Source: Lingula anatina
Taxonomy: Eukaryota; Animalia; Brachiopoda
Assembly (NCBI GenBank): GCA_051362555.1
Contig: CM120641.1
Location: forward strand, 17,546,001 to 17,610,000
DNA length: 64,000 nt
Reading direction: 5' to 3'
Translations under genes and position numbers: made by a program
In this document: piece by piece, positions 14,061 to 27,958 of the stretch
Layout of the letters: the number at the start of each line of letters is the position of its first letter
How positions within the stretch are numbered: the first letter of the stretch is position 1
Notes under the pieces: model-generated
Databases searched by the model: none
What the model saw: the letters and a program-made list of their open reading frames with translations, nothing else
Told to the model about the DNA's origin: nothing

Positions 14061-14849
14061 AATGGTATTAATCTCATTGGAATGAAGTAAATCTCGCTGG
14101 TGGGATATTACCTAGGGGTGGAATCTCTCCTCAGTTCCTCTGGTTTAATCAGGGAAGTGTTCCAGGGCCCAATGTACATGTAGGCCAATGTCACGAAGCT
14201 GCGCGTATTGTACTGCTGAACATGGGGATAACAGATATGAGCACACACATATAAAAATAATTTAAAGAAACTGTTTATATATGTATATATAGTGAGATAC
14301 ATGTACAGATTCTATACACATGGGTGAAATAATACACAGAGCACCAACGTTTGCTGAGAAACCAGTATTTGTAAATGTTATTGGTGGTATTCAAAGTTTA
14401 CGCGTCTTAAAGGATAACAGTCTTGTACAGTTGTTGTACGTTACAGGTTCACCAAAAGCTCTCATCAACTAAGGCTGGCGATATGAACGTACAACTGTAA
14501 CAGAACACTTTCCAAATGAAATATACCTTAACTATACACAGCCCAAACCTTGTCAGTTGTCAATGTGTTATTGAGATTAATGAAATATGGATACTCGATC
14601 ATGTAGTAACAAGGGAAGGAAGTAAGAAATATGGGAGAGGACCAGGGTGGGCTTTTTAAAGCCGAAGGTTGTGAAGATGAATAATGAGGGTGATGACTAA
14701 TGAGAGTGAATTGAATAATGGGACCAAGGCAATGATGTGAAAAGTGAACAATGACAAACTGCCTGAACGTACCAGTGCACTGTCTAAACAGAATAATACT
14801 TTTTACGACTGAAGATTTGTTTTATTCTAGATACCGTTTGGTAGCATCC

Positions 14850-15560
14850 TACAACTGAACCAATGTTCAGAAATACCCTTTCTTGTCAAGAGCAGTTTTT
14901 TATTTTTATTTTTTATTATTTTTTATTATTATTTTATTTTTTGCACAGTTTATGGGTTGTTGAAGGTAAAATAATACCAATACTCATGAATAACAATTAT
15001 TCAAAATGGCCCTTCCTTCTCAGTAGCAGTTTTGGTACTATTAACATGTTTTTTAAATCTAGTAGTTCGATATTTCTACTACCTGTAGAATAATTTTGGT
15101 GTCCTGGAAAACAGTTACGTTTTTCTTCTAGATTACTTGGTGACATCCTGTAAATGGACGCTACAAAGAACATTACCATTCCGAATAACACTTACTCGTC
15201 CTAACTAATTATCTCCCTATTAACAGGTTATGGAGGCAGATATTAACAGGCAGGGGTGTTACTTATTTTAGATAACATTAAGTGATGTCCTGCAAATAAA
15301 ACCAATATTCAAAATTATATTTGGTTATCGCTCCGCACGTTTAACGAGTATTATTATTCGGAATAACCCTTTCTCGTCAGTACCAATTTTCCCACAATTA
15401 ACAGGTTCACCGGATCCGGCAGGTGGACAGTTTAGTTTTTATTATAGATTTCACTGGTGATGTCCTGTAAATGGAATCAATGCTCTAGTGGCGTACGCAA
15501 TCTGCAAAGAACATCAATTTTCTGAATAATCCTTGTCAGAAGCAGTTTTTATTTTACTAT
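14850..15560. repeat. Degenerate tandem repeat (~140-180 bp units)
   Basis: Recurring GTGA(T/C)(G/A)TCCTG(T/C)AAAT at ~15140, 15281, 15457, and GAATAAC...CTCGTC...ATTAACAGGTT at ~15183 and ~15361. Confidence 0.55.
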
Positions 15561-18500
15561 TTAAGGGTACTTAGAGGTGGTTCTGCATGGCAAACTCTCT
15601 CAACGTGAGTTAACAAGAAGGCAAAAGCCTTATACCACGTACAAACAGCAGATAGAATATTAATATAATATTAATATAAGGTGTTAACATTTTATTTCCC
15701 AAAATTTGTTATACGATCTCAAGGATGTGGTAACAATTAACTCTTTGAGGTAGGAGGGGTGGTTAATTCTTCCGTGGTTTTCTGTCTGCGTGAAACGGGG
15801 AGGTCTTATATTTATAACAAAAAGTCTAATGGAGTGAAATGTTGGTTTATTCTTCTAGTGTTCCTGGCCAATAACTGAAACACATTTTAGCATAAAAGAT
15901 TAATAAGCAATAGCAAGCTTATTGTGTTATTTGTGTCTTTTTGTCTATAAAATATACAATTAAATATTACTATGTCCATTTGCAACATACATTTGTAATT
16001 TCTGTCTACCGTGAATCAGTCATTGCTTATTCATCCGATGTAAAAACAAACTTCCATAAAAAAACTTATGTTGCTTTTATTTTGGATGGAAAGTACATGA
16101 TTAAACATGATGTACGTTTGTGAAATAAAAAACACAGTATTATAGGCCTATATACCGAAATAAGGGTATAACCCACTTAATGGACATCAGAGTTTGTTTC
16201 ATGTATTCAAATGAAAGTTTTCAAGCGTGTTGCATTCTACTGCATCGAAAAGGCAAGGCGCTGGTGGCTGATGAGGCATAGAGAGTCGGCATCTCCAAGA
16301 GTCACTCTTATATAATTTCACAACAAATAGAAATTCGCATTCAATGATCATTGTGTAACTGAACCTTCCATCTGCCTGTCAATTTTAGGACTTTGTCCGT
16401 TACGAAATTTAGTTAACTTATGGCGCAAATATCTCTTATCAAACCACATAACTCTCTCATGGGTTAAGCCTTCTTATCCCTTTTTCCTGGAAAGTGGGAG
16501 CTTGTTTGATAATTATTGGACATTGACACTTGTAAGTGTGCTAAACGTCTGACTTTCACCTTACCAAAGCTTTAAAACGTTTCCGAAAAGGAACCATTTA
16601 AGCTATACATGTCTAATAACTCCATATATTTAACGTATTACGATATGTGATTTACGAAAAGGACATATGGACGATGCATCACCAAGGTAAATTGCATTTG
16701 TTCATCTGCTGTAGTCACGTAATCTTCAAATCCATAATTGAAATAGCTGTTGCGCACTTTGTACACTCTTTTTTTCATCTACAACAATTTGCATTTGCAC
16801 TGACTGCCTAAAATTTCCCTTATATAACTGTTTGAGAGGCGTAGCAATCAAATAAAAAACGCATTTCTGAATCCAAAGTTATTTTATATCTTTAATTCTA
16901 CCCCTGGTTAAGATGGCTGTGGTGAGCTAGCCTTTGCCCTTTTTATTTCGAAAGTAAGATTTAGAATTTGTGTGGCTTCACGTAATACTGCTGAAGCCAG
17001 TGAAATCGTTATGGGTAATGAATTTTAGATATGATATTAATCACACTTGAGATTGGTTCAAGTAAGTAATCCAAGAGCTCGGACTAAGCCTTAAAGCATT
17101 ACCCAAGTAACACTAAGTAGCTCATTGGGAAAATAACGCATGGTACGGAGCCCAACTATCTTCAGCAGATCTTCTGCCATTCAACACTTGAGAGTTGTCT
17201 GTCTTTAAAAAACAGATATACTGCGCCAAGGGTCAGGAATCGATTTCCTTCCTTTTTGTGCAGTGTTAGACCTTAGTCCCAAACAATCCAAACGAAAATT
17301 ATTTACTTTCAAAATACTTGTTGCCAAGGTTACAAAACTTGAATTTTTGCCAATTTTGTAAAAACCTGTAACCCAAAACACTAGTAACAAAGTGTACATT
17401 TAAAATCATCCAGCAGTTATCTCAATTAACTATGAATGAAAAGTATTACATTCCATACTAAGTTATTGTCAACAATAAACAATTGTAGCTTGATTTTCAG
17501 ATGAAGTCAATGGGATATAAAAGGATTTAATTGTCCATTCATCACTGACTTATAATTGACAGCCTAAGCCTCATTTCCAAAATGCAAAATCATGTGCATG
17601 CAATTTATAAATATATTTGAATAGAGCATGATTTAAGCTTTCTTGTGGTATTTTCAAATTGAAAACACGTGTCCAAGGTCCGTTGTTTGCGACTATTGAA
17701 ACATTTCACTCAGATGTGGCGCTGTCTTTTTATATCAAAAGTAACCGTTGGAACTTAATGCTAACAATATAGGTCGGCCTTTTTTCGTTATTTTCAATTT
17801 TCGAAATATTGCACAGTGCTTGACCCAATCAATCAGATTTCCATAGTCGGTATTGACATTAACCATGAAATTAGTTCAGATATCATTTAGTGTGCACAGT
17901 ACATTACATGAAGATTCAACTCGACTATTACACAATAATTTTCGAAATCATGCCAGTTCTCACAATTTCCTTTGGTTGTTTGTTCTGAGTGGTTTGGAAG
18001 AAACGTTCTACTGCCTTCTTGTATAGATCAATTTCTATATTCTGACTAGTAAAATAAAAGTCTGAGAAAAAAACTCGCACTAAATTGTAGGTTAACAGTT
18101 CAACGGGAATACGCGGAGATTGTGATATTGTGTATTGAATGCGCACAGCGCGCACTCTATGTCATTTCAAAAGTGAAAAATGGTCAAAGTCACGCTGACG
18201 GGCAAATCACCATGCTAGGGTCCTTTAATCAATATCTATTTCACCAACGTTAAAACCAAGCCCAAGTTTAACTATATCTTACAATTGATATTAGATTGAA
18301 TCAATTCGCAGGTACCTGTAAAATTTTGCCGTGAATCTAACGCTATATGGTCCCAACGTTGAATCCAACTTTGCTTCATATCACAACTTAGACATGATGC
18401 TGAGGTGATGCTGAAGGCATTTAAGTTTTCTCTTACCATTGCATGGATATTAAATAGCACATCCGGATAAAAAAGAAAGAAAGCATACATTCAAAACCTG

Positions 18501-18892
18501 AAAATAACTTAGCCCATGGCTCTGATAATGGGATTCAGGATTATTGATACAAAGCGTTTATTCAACCTTCACGGGTGTCAGCCTTTTCACATTTTCGTCG
18601 CTGACTGTAACATTATTTTCTCGGTAAAAACACTACTTTTCGCATGATAATTGATATAATACTGATCTCTGTGCATCTTTGCAATATCCCCTGTGTGCCT
18701 ATACGGTTTCGACAAAACACACAAATGCAATAAAGACAATGGATCACGAAAAACATCGATAAAAAGCACCGAGAGGAGAGTCCATACAGAAAAGGTGAAC
18801 ATAAGTTCGTGTTTAAGTATATAATTGAACCTTGGGAAGTATGATAAAGACGAACGAAAACTACACAGCAAGTGGTATATATTAAACCCCTA

Positions 18893-19365
18893 GCCCATAC
18901 ACACCATTCATCTACGTAGATCGATCTAACTCTTCGGGACTCTCGCTGACTGCAATCAGGTCAACTGAATGACACCTCATCCTATTGTTTTCGACGTACT
19001 CGTATAATCACCAGCTTTTCTGTATACTACTCAACACAGTTCAGCTGATTGCACTCAGCGAAAGTTCCCGCAAAGTCGGGTCAATGTACTTTAACCGATG
19101 GCGTCAATGGGAATGGTGTCTTATGGACCATTCCCACAGATATTTGGATCGATCTATCTCCCTGGGGAGTCTCACTAAATTTGCTATCAGACTAACCGGC
19201 TTAAACATCTGCCACTCCTAGTAAAACTGTCAAGGGGTAATTGTCTTTACCCCTAGCTGATTCGGTAGGCGTGACAGACATTTAAGCCTTTTGAACTGAT
19301 AGCAATTTAGCGTGAACCCCCAGTGAGTTAGGTCGATCCAGATAGATCGATCTAAGTATGGGAAC
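18893..19365. mobile_element. Two adjacent palindromic MITEs (GGCTCATTCCCA/GATCGATC family)
   Basis: ~18893-19117: arm CGGGACTCTCGCTGACTGCAATCAGGTCAACTG pairs with CAGTTCAGCTGATTGCACTCAGCGAAAGTTCCCG. ~19128-19365: TTCCCA..GATCGATCTATCT..TGCTATCAG..AGGGGTAA pairs with TTACCCCT..CTGATAGCA..AGATAGATCGATC..TGGGAA. Confidence 0.7.
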
Positions 19366-20919
19366 CCAGTCTAAGATCATGAATAAACTGAATGCGTAGA
19401 GACATTTTGCGCAACTCCTTTAGCAACATTCCAAGAGTGAAAAACTTGGTAACCCACGCAAATTTCAAATAAGGAAAATATATCCATCAAAATATGGCTA
19501 CAACCGTTGCACTTAACAAGTCTTACGAGCTGAAACATGGCAAGGGACGACCCGCACGAACACGAGATCATCACATAACGTGTCCGTTTTTATAATCAAA
19601 TTCCCAGTTGAAAAAAAAATGTCATTAAATTTTCTTTTTTTACCCGCCAACGGTATGTAAGGGACTTTGGGCGGATTGTGAATGAGTTGTTGTCAAAAGC
19701 TGCCAAACGGCCTTAATCTTAAGAAGTATTGCACTGGTTAAATTTACTTATTATGATAACTAGTGATTTTTTCAAAAATATCCTTCACCTATCGATATGG
19801 TGTACCCATATCCAAATCATTTTCTATTAATATGCCAGTATTTTAACAGGTGTGATTTCTGTATGGTATATTTTGCGGTTTTTTAATCAAAACCATATAC
19901 CGGGATGCGGGGTAGCAATGTAGGTGTACATAGTACTTTAATCGTAGCAAGTAACGGAGATAAACCCTGAACTTTTTATGGACTGAAAAATAGCGTCAAC
20001 ACCAAACCTAATAAGGGGCTATACCACATATAGTGCGTGATTCTCCCAGGTCAGTTCCAGCTGCCCATTCTCACTGTCAATAATTTGATTAAATGTGACT
20101 GTAGGAACAGATGCAGTGATGCATAGTGGCCAGTGTTTTTCTTTCAATATGAAAGTTAGCATCATAACTCGATCAAGACATTTTGAACGCAACACAATTT
20201 AAAAAAGATGGTCACAAAGGAGACACTTTATGATAATTAAATATCCGTTAAGGCTATCTGCAGAGTTCTCCTGTCTTTGGTGTGTGCTTGTAGAGACAAA
20301 ATGCCATTATGCTGTTTGTAATTTAACCTTTCTGCAGTTTATAAGAGTCTCAGAGGTCCCCTTTTACTGGAAAACTATTGAACAGATCCATTGACTTGCC
20401 ACTACATGCATCTAATTTAATACTTAACAGAGAAGATACCTCAATACAATACACTGTAAATCACAGTGAGAAAAATATATTCTAAAATTAAAATCTCATG
20501 AGACTCACTTGGCCTCTTAAACCGCTTTTTCACCCGCATTAAAATTCGATGTTTGATATCTTTTTCATACTAATTTTGTTATTATCAGTTATTCATCTTA
20601 GAAAATGCAATTTCAGCATATGCACTATTTTACCGTTTTCTCTCGCTTACATTTTGACACAATATTGAACCCACAGCCATTGCATATTTGAGGCGATGTT
20701 AAAAATCATTTGTAAACACTTCTTAATTCTTCGCAAACACATGCAGTTTATGGCTACAAGTGAAACGAACAGACAGAAACGTTTTGACGAGTTTTAAAGT
20801 GACCTTACCATAAAGTGATTTAACATGCTATCGTTACATGCTATCGAAACATGCTATCGTAAATGATCACACTGCCTTGAATCGCAATCAGTTTTTTAAG
20901 AATAGACAATTCAATAGGC

Positions 20920-21053
20920 CTTTTGCTGCTAGATGACTAGATGTTGACTTCTTCTGTTTACTGAAGAATTTGCTCTTCAGTAAACAAACAAACAAACAAA
21001 AAAAAAACCTGGAGAGCAAAAGGAGCCAACATCTAGTCAACTAGCTGCAAATA
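20920..21053. mobile_element. Small palindromic MITE with nested hairpin
   Basis: TTGCTGCTAGATGACTAGATGTTGACTTCTT pairs imperfectly with AAGGAGCCAACATCTAGTCAACTAGCTGCAA. Internal 12-bp stem GTTTACTGAAGA/TCTTCAGTAAAC. Confidence 0.6.
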
Positions 21054-21090
21054 TTTTGTTTACTAACACCTTCCCACGCTGAGTTGAACT

Positions 21091-21240
21091 GGGCTCCGTA
21101 ACTTGAAAGCATCGCGAAATGCGACCGAGCGCAAGCGTTTCTATTCCATAACTCGGGATTTACTCGCCCCATATAATAGCCACGAAATAAAAGGTGATAT
21201 GGCTATTGGCAATTCACGATGCTTTCGAGTTACGGAGCCC
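21091..21240. mobile_element. 150-bp MITE with ~32-bp TIRs
   Basis: GGGCTCCGTAACTTGAAAGCATCGCGAAATGC ... GCAATTCACGATGCTTTCGAGTTACGGAGCCC. Confidence 0.8.
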
Positions 21241-24200
21241 TGGTATCACGTACACCGCTGCCTGAGGCTGAGTGGAGGCGGGGTGGGGGGGGGGGGGGGG
21301 CATATAAAGCCTCTGCTACTGATACAGCATAAGGGCACGTTGGCGCCACTCCTCCAATCACATCGCAATTCACAGTAAGGTAAACATCGCCTTATAGACA
21401 AAACCCTATGTACTGGTACCCAAGGAAGATAAAAGGCAATTGGTGAAACCTAATTTCTGCTTATATTGAAACACATTGAAGCAACGAATGATGTTTAATC
21501 ATTCATGATATATGATTCTTGGTTCAGAGATAACATATAAAATACTTGAAAAGCGTTTTGTACTGATAGAAATGGAAACCATTTATTCAAAAAATTGTCT
21601 AACAAGATTAAAAGGAATCGAAACCCTTTTATTTCTTGAGTTATGTGTTGTGCGTAAATGAGGAAAATGTTTCATCGTCTGAATCGTATTAGAGATTTCA
21701 TGCAGAGGGGATCTGACAAGATCTGAAAAAGCTCTTTATAACAAAATTGTCGAAAAGCCTGTAGACAGAGAAAGACCAAGATCGACTGCAAGGTAGAAAG
21801 ATAATTTAACTTAAGGTATCAGCCACCGGCTTTGCCATTGATATTTTAATTCGAATTGGTAGTAAGATTCATTTATGTCACCGGCAGATCTGTTTACGAA
21901 AAGTAGAGTGTATATCATTACCTGTCAATGCCCTCGTTTCGCAATTTCGTACAATCAACTGACACTTCATCGGTGGAAATAGCATCATCAAGATAGATAT
22001 CGGTGGCTTAGGGCGCGTTTCCTTACATCGAGTTTAAAGTTATCCTTAAATGACATGAACGAGAACCACCTGGCTTTTATCCTGCTATAAAAGGACCCTC
22101 GTCATGATAGCAAAGCATGTTCTTTGTAAGTTATAAGCGTTTGCAAGATTAATTTACATATAATAGAGAGAACCTAATAGAATGTACAAAATGTTAAAGA
22201 TATGATACCGAGTGTTTACACTTTCAACTTCGAGGAATAGTCCTTGAAAGAACGTCTCAAAGTCAAATCGTGTCAGGCAGCTTACGTGATGCATGAAGTG
22301 CGAGTATGCGTTGGGAATGTATCACTGTCTTTCATGCAAATATCAACCAGTTGGATTTGAAAACAACGGAGTCCAGTTACTTACCATTCCACATAGACAG
22401 ATTGGAAAATGGCAAAATATTACATTCTGCTGAACGACACAGAATGTCTTTTGCTACTTCAACATGCATACCACAAAGGGGGAAGGGGGAGTCAGCATGA
22501 ACCTCGACCTGGACTTAAAAGGTATCCTCTCCCCCCCCCTCCCTTCCCTCTTCCTCTCAAAAAGGTATATTCAGTTAAACCATAGCGACATTAGGTGTCA
22601 AGGAACCCCCTATCCCCCATTCTCATCACACCTCATCTTAACACCTTTGGGCAATAAAGTTACAGGGACGCCCACAAACTTTTGAAAATTGCTCGTCCAA
22701 CAGATAACAAGGACAAAGGGTTAAATCTGATACTTCAGAGGTACGTATCAAAAGCCTGATTATCGACAACAGTAAGGATAAGGACGTGCTAATTATAGCA
22801 TTACATTGTGGTTTTGCTTTTTTAGCGTCTTGGTGCGTGCCGAGGAACGGTATTTCGTTGGTTGTTAAATGCTTTTGATTGCGTCTACTAAAGAATACAT
22901 AATCTAAATAGGAAGCAAATTGCGTAAATACCTCTAAACAGAAACACTAAATATGTATTTATGCATTCCTAAAATATATTATCACGTCACATTGTCTGAT
23001 AAAATTTCACACTGCTAGGTAGCTAGTATAAATATTGCAAGATTTCGCTGTTAAAAGTACCTCTTGGTCCTCGAGATGCAGACAAAAGGAACATTAGCAG
23101 TTCAGCAAATGTGTGCCTTTGCTTCTAAGTACATGAGTATCTACTTTGCGGTTTCAGTTTTTGTTATGAAGACTATAAAGCGCCCATAAAGGCCGTGAGG
23201 AGGGGCAGCTATTGGCGAGATAATGGCCGTATATCGCCTGTCCTTGCTTTATCATCCTCCTAAAACACACTTGACACACTTGGTATCGATTGATTCCCGG
23301 AAAAAAAATTTGGCGAATCTTTGATATGCTGTCTGGTATTTATTATAGCCTTTCTTTTTGCTCACAAGCAGTGTACACGTATTATCTAAGGTAAGATTAA
23401 TTTTTTCCCAACGAAGTGTAAAGACGAAATTGTTCAGTAGATTAGAAAGATGGTTAGATAGGATCAAAACTAAGCAACATCTCTAATAATTCCAATACTT
23501 GTCTCATTATGAAATAATACTTGTTTTTTCCCCAATTTCCCACTTTCAAGGCACGCGGTTAACATTCACCTCCTGGTTTAAATTGCGCACATTTATAGAT
23601 AATCTGTCTTGCAAAGGAGAAAAAGAGCAAAATGCTTACCAACTGACAAAAAGCTTACAGTTTATTGTGGTCGAATTTCATGAAAAACGACTTTCAAAAT
23701 AGTAGTGACAAGAGATTATCATTCCTTTTAGGTCTCTAAGGAACCCAAGAAAGAAACTTAATTATACTTATGATGTTTTCCTTAAGTGTTCAAGCTTTGC
23801 AATAATAACTAACTGCTTTTAATGACAGGCATCACGCAATGGCGTTTGTTACCAAATCGAAACGTTGCGATTACGTTACTTTAAAAGAGCACGTTACAGC
23901 TCTGGTCTCAACTTATAAATAGTACCTCCAAGGACACAATCATGGGATACTTTCGTGAGTACCAGCTATATAATTCAAAAGACAAAAGACAAAAATAAGA
24001 CGAAGAGAAAAGTTGCTACATGTACGTACCGGCTGCCGCTATTCGTTATGTTTTTGATGGATGTCGACTCCAGTATTCTTCCCGTTTCAACTTTCTTTGA
24101 ACTAAAAAATCATCAAAGTGAACCATATATTTCACATGCATTTCATCTCATGGATTTTCAAACATTTATATTTCATAATCTTTAATTTAATTTAATTCAG

Positions 24201-26594
24201 GAATCATTTTTATAGTAATTCCATTTATCTTATTATCAAAATTGCTTTTTATATGATGGATTTTCAAACATAATTCTTAATTCAATTTTATTGATTTTTG
24301 TTAATATATTTATATCATTCATTAAATTTTACACCAATGCAAACACATTTTAAATTTAATGTAATTATAATCATGATAATATTATATAATATTTAGAGCA
24401 TTGGTCTTTTTTATATATGATATCAAAATACAAAGACATGATAACCGATAGATGGCTTATTAAGACTCTGCTACACCCAGCGTATATATAGGTACTTATG
24501 AGTAACGTTTGTGAAATGGATTATAGGCACTACTTGCCCTTTTCCAGCGTATGAGAATGAACTTACAAGCAGCACATAGTATGAATTTTTTTTGAGCATG
24601 TTCAAAACATATTATCTTCTTCCGCGTATACGAACGTACACGAACGTCTGTCTGCGTATACGACGTTAGTCTAACAAAACCCTTTCATTTGTCTGCGTAT
24701 GGGCAATTTTTCGCATACGTTAATGCAATACGCTATTGTGTGACAGAACCTTTACACTGAACCCATGTAAAACCATGAATGATTATATAAGTAATACAAG
24801 AATAGAAAGACAATAACTAAATAGTTTTCTCTACTTTTTGTATTGCAAGAAAGAAATGTTTACCAATCATATCTGTATACAGTAGTGTACAGTAGAGTTT
24901 TGACTAGATACCCCTGTCGAAATGATTTTTCCATAACTTTTGTACTATTTATACGATCAAGTGCTTTTTAAGAATCAACGAAGAATCAGTTTACCATGCC
25001 CTTTTGTTTGATTAGTTTATTGGTATTGTGCTATAGATTTTTACATTGTACCCTTTCTGTGGCATCAATGTAACCATATCATATATCAAACCAACCATAT
25101 ATCCAATTTACTGACTTTTATTGGCACAATTATACGACCATTAATTACGTTGCTATGTCAACTGTTCTCTATATAACAATCAGTTGAAAAAACATTAACA
25201 AAACTCATGATACTACCACAAAATGATGCTGCAACAAAACAAAGAGTAGCCTTCTCACGGAAATATGCTACGATATCAAATGGACAAAGAGCACAGCTTC
25301 CCTTAAGTAACTAAAACAAACAAAACGGTTTGTCTACAAAACTGACTAATAGAAGGAACGCATGCACTATACTAGAGACACCAATGTAATATGAAATAAC
25401 ATAAGTGCAAAAATCTGCTTCGAATGACCTTTAACGCAATGAATTGCCAGTAATACAGCAAAACAGTAATACAGTGATACAGTAAAATATTCTTTTTTTA
25501 AATAAAACATAAAAACAAGCCACGCCCCAATCGACCTTGCATTTGAAAGCCAACCACGACTCGTTTTAACTTCAAAGTGTGCAGTATAGTACCGACCACT
25601 CATTAAGATCGGCGCAGTGTTGGTTCGCCAGCGACTCGTCGCTTTAACTTTGAATCAAGATTCTCGCCGACAGCTTCTTACTAACTGGTTAATATATGTC
25701 AACCTTCACAACACACCACCATGACTTGAATCAAGAACAGAGAATCGGTGGAGTGAATCGTTTTGCCAGTTCTTTCGCAGCGTAGGCAAACTAATTTTGC
25801 CGTCATGACACTCGTAATGCTAAAATAATATTGACAACTTAACCAGCTTGTATAAGAATAGTGGATTACCCTCGGAAAATCTTTGTTCAGATTTCAATTA
25901 TCACCACAAACGATATGCACGTCATGCCTGCCCATAACGGCATGACCAGCTGGGGCTAGTGTTAATCTTATTGAAATGGACATCTCGGAGCTGCTTGACA
26001 CACTCATGACGTCTATCGATCGTACGTGCCGCCGGTGTTGTCTGCTTCCTACGTCTACACTGTCCAAAACGAATTTGTCAGACTAACCTCGATGTCCTCC
26101 TTGGTGGCATAAAATGGCATGCCGTTTCTCTCAACTGCACCCCACAGGAAGAAAATAGTACACAACAACTTACTGGGCATCACAGTACAAAATTCTCCGA
26201 CTATCGCAACACATGTGATACTTGTATTAGACGAACACAGTGAACTGATGTGATTCCTAAACATATACAAACAACTTTTAAATTTTCGAAAGGTTGATAG
26301 AACGTCAGTGTGCGTTTCTCAGCAAATTCTAAAAGATTATACAGTTTTCTTTCAGTAAACCCGAATACAGCACGGTACACCTGGATCGAGCGTATGATTA
26401 AAAACGCCCCAAGGCCACTAAGGCACAGTTGAATTCATTTGATATTAGGGAGATTTGGGTGGCATTGCGATAATTTATGCAACAAAGGGCATAGGCCTAT
26501 CTCACTGAAACTTGCTGCCACACATCGCAATGTATTGGCGTGTAGGCTACAACTGGTGATTGCATAAGGTTTTGTTATGTTTATTGTGCATTGG

Positions 26595-26624
26595 TTAGGT
26601 TAGGTTAGGTTAGGTTAGGTTAGG
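26595..26624 (+). repeat. (TTAGG)6 microsatellite
   Basis: Six perfect TTAGG units. Confidence 0.95.
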
Positions 26625-26629
26625 TAATA

Positions 26630-26745
26630 AACACTATCCACGCAATGTCGAAGGCTTTTTTGAAGTCTACAAAACAGACACATGATTTGGTTTTTAATTC
26701 ATTTAAGTGCTTCAGAATACGTTTTATTCTGGAGAGTAAAAATAT
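26630..26745 (-). mobile_element. LINE RT fragment
   Basis: ILKHLNELKTKSCVCFVDFKKAFDIAW matches the RT motif 'FVDFxKAFD'. Confidence 0.6.
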
Positions 26746-27918
26746 ACCTATTAGTTTCAAGTTAAAAATTTTACTAACGATTTCACTATATACCGTGAAA
26801 TTGTGCATTTGATAGAAAACATTAACCAATATTCACCTTTATTACTCGTAACCGTTAGCTTAAATCGTTTTATTTCTTCTAGTTTTCATATTGTCGCTCT
26901 TCTTATTTTCCCACTTGGTTTTTATGTGTTCTTGGTTTTTCATTATGAGGGCAGAGATGGCTTTTTCGAAGATTTTCATTTTTAAGTGTTTCCCGAATCA
27001 ATACATCCTTTTGTTACAATGTAAATTGAAACCCAGTTTCATGTACCTACATTTATCGCCAGAATATTTAAGAAAGCTTAAACGAGCCCCTGGTAGAATG
27101 ATACAAATCATCCAGGTTAATAAAAATAATAATCTGAAAACAAATCACCGCATGGAAACTTGTCCTTCCGGAAACGCTCAGCCTTAATGAAAAATAAATA
27201 ATCCAACAGCAATGTTGTATTGTTTTAGTATTACTTTTTTCATTAATTATGGCGACTTTTATCCAAATCATGGCAATGAATTGTACTGATATGATGTGCC
27301 TTTGAGAATCATGATTTTCAAACTTAGTTGAGCGATTTAATAGGCAGGTCGGGATAAAAGAATTTTGTAAATAAGAAAGGGCAGATACAATGCATACTTA
27401 TAGAGAGTTTTAAGGGAAACTAACACCTTGTACATATCAACACGCCATTTATGTGAGAATTACAGCGTAAATAACGGTGGTTCGAGATTATTGTTACATG
27501 TAACTTAATGATCCTTCTAAAATGAAAATGTGAAACAAGACTGAATGGTAATAGAGTGATAGAAAAAAAAAGAATGAAGCTGTTGCTCAAAATAGTTGTC
27601 GCACCCTCGAGATTTTTTAAAGAATGCTGTAGGTTTTTAAAGCTCTATTTTGCTGATATTTTGGAAATTTCTTCCACACAGTAATCAATAACCATTTGAC
27701 ATCACTTTGATCATATATAAGCACAAATCAACAGAGGGTATAGGGGTATTCCTGGTGTAAAGAGCAATTTTCTCCTACTCACGAATTGCCTTACCCATCC
27801 CTGCACTTGGATTTAATGTTTTATTCCATTTGTAATACACCACTTTAGTTCTGACTGGCCAGTCAAATTAACAACATGTGTCGTCACGCGCATTTGTGTC
27901 GTTTTCACACAATGAAAT

Positions 27919-27958
<40 letters not shown>

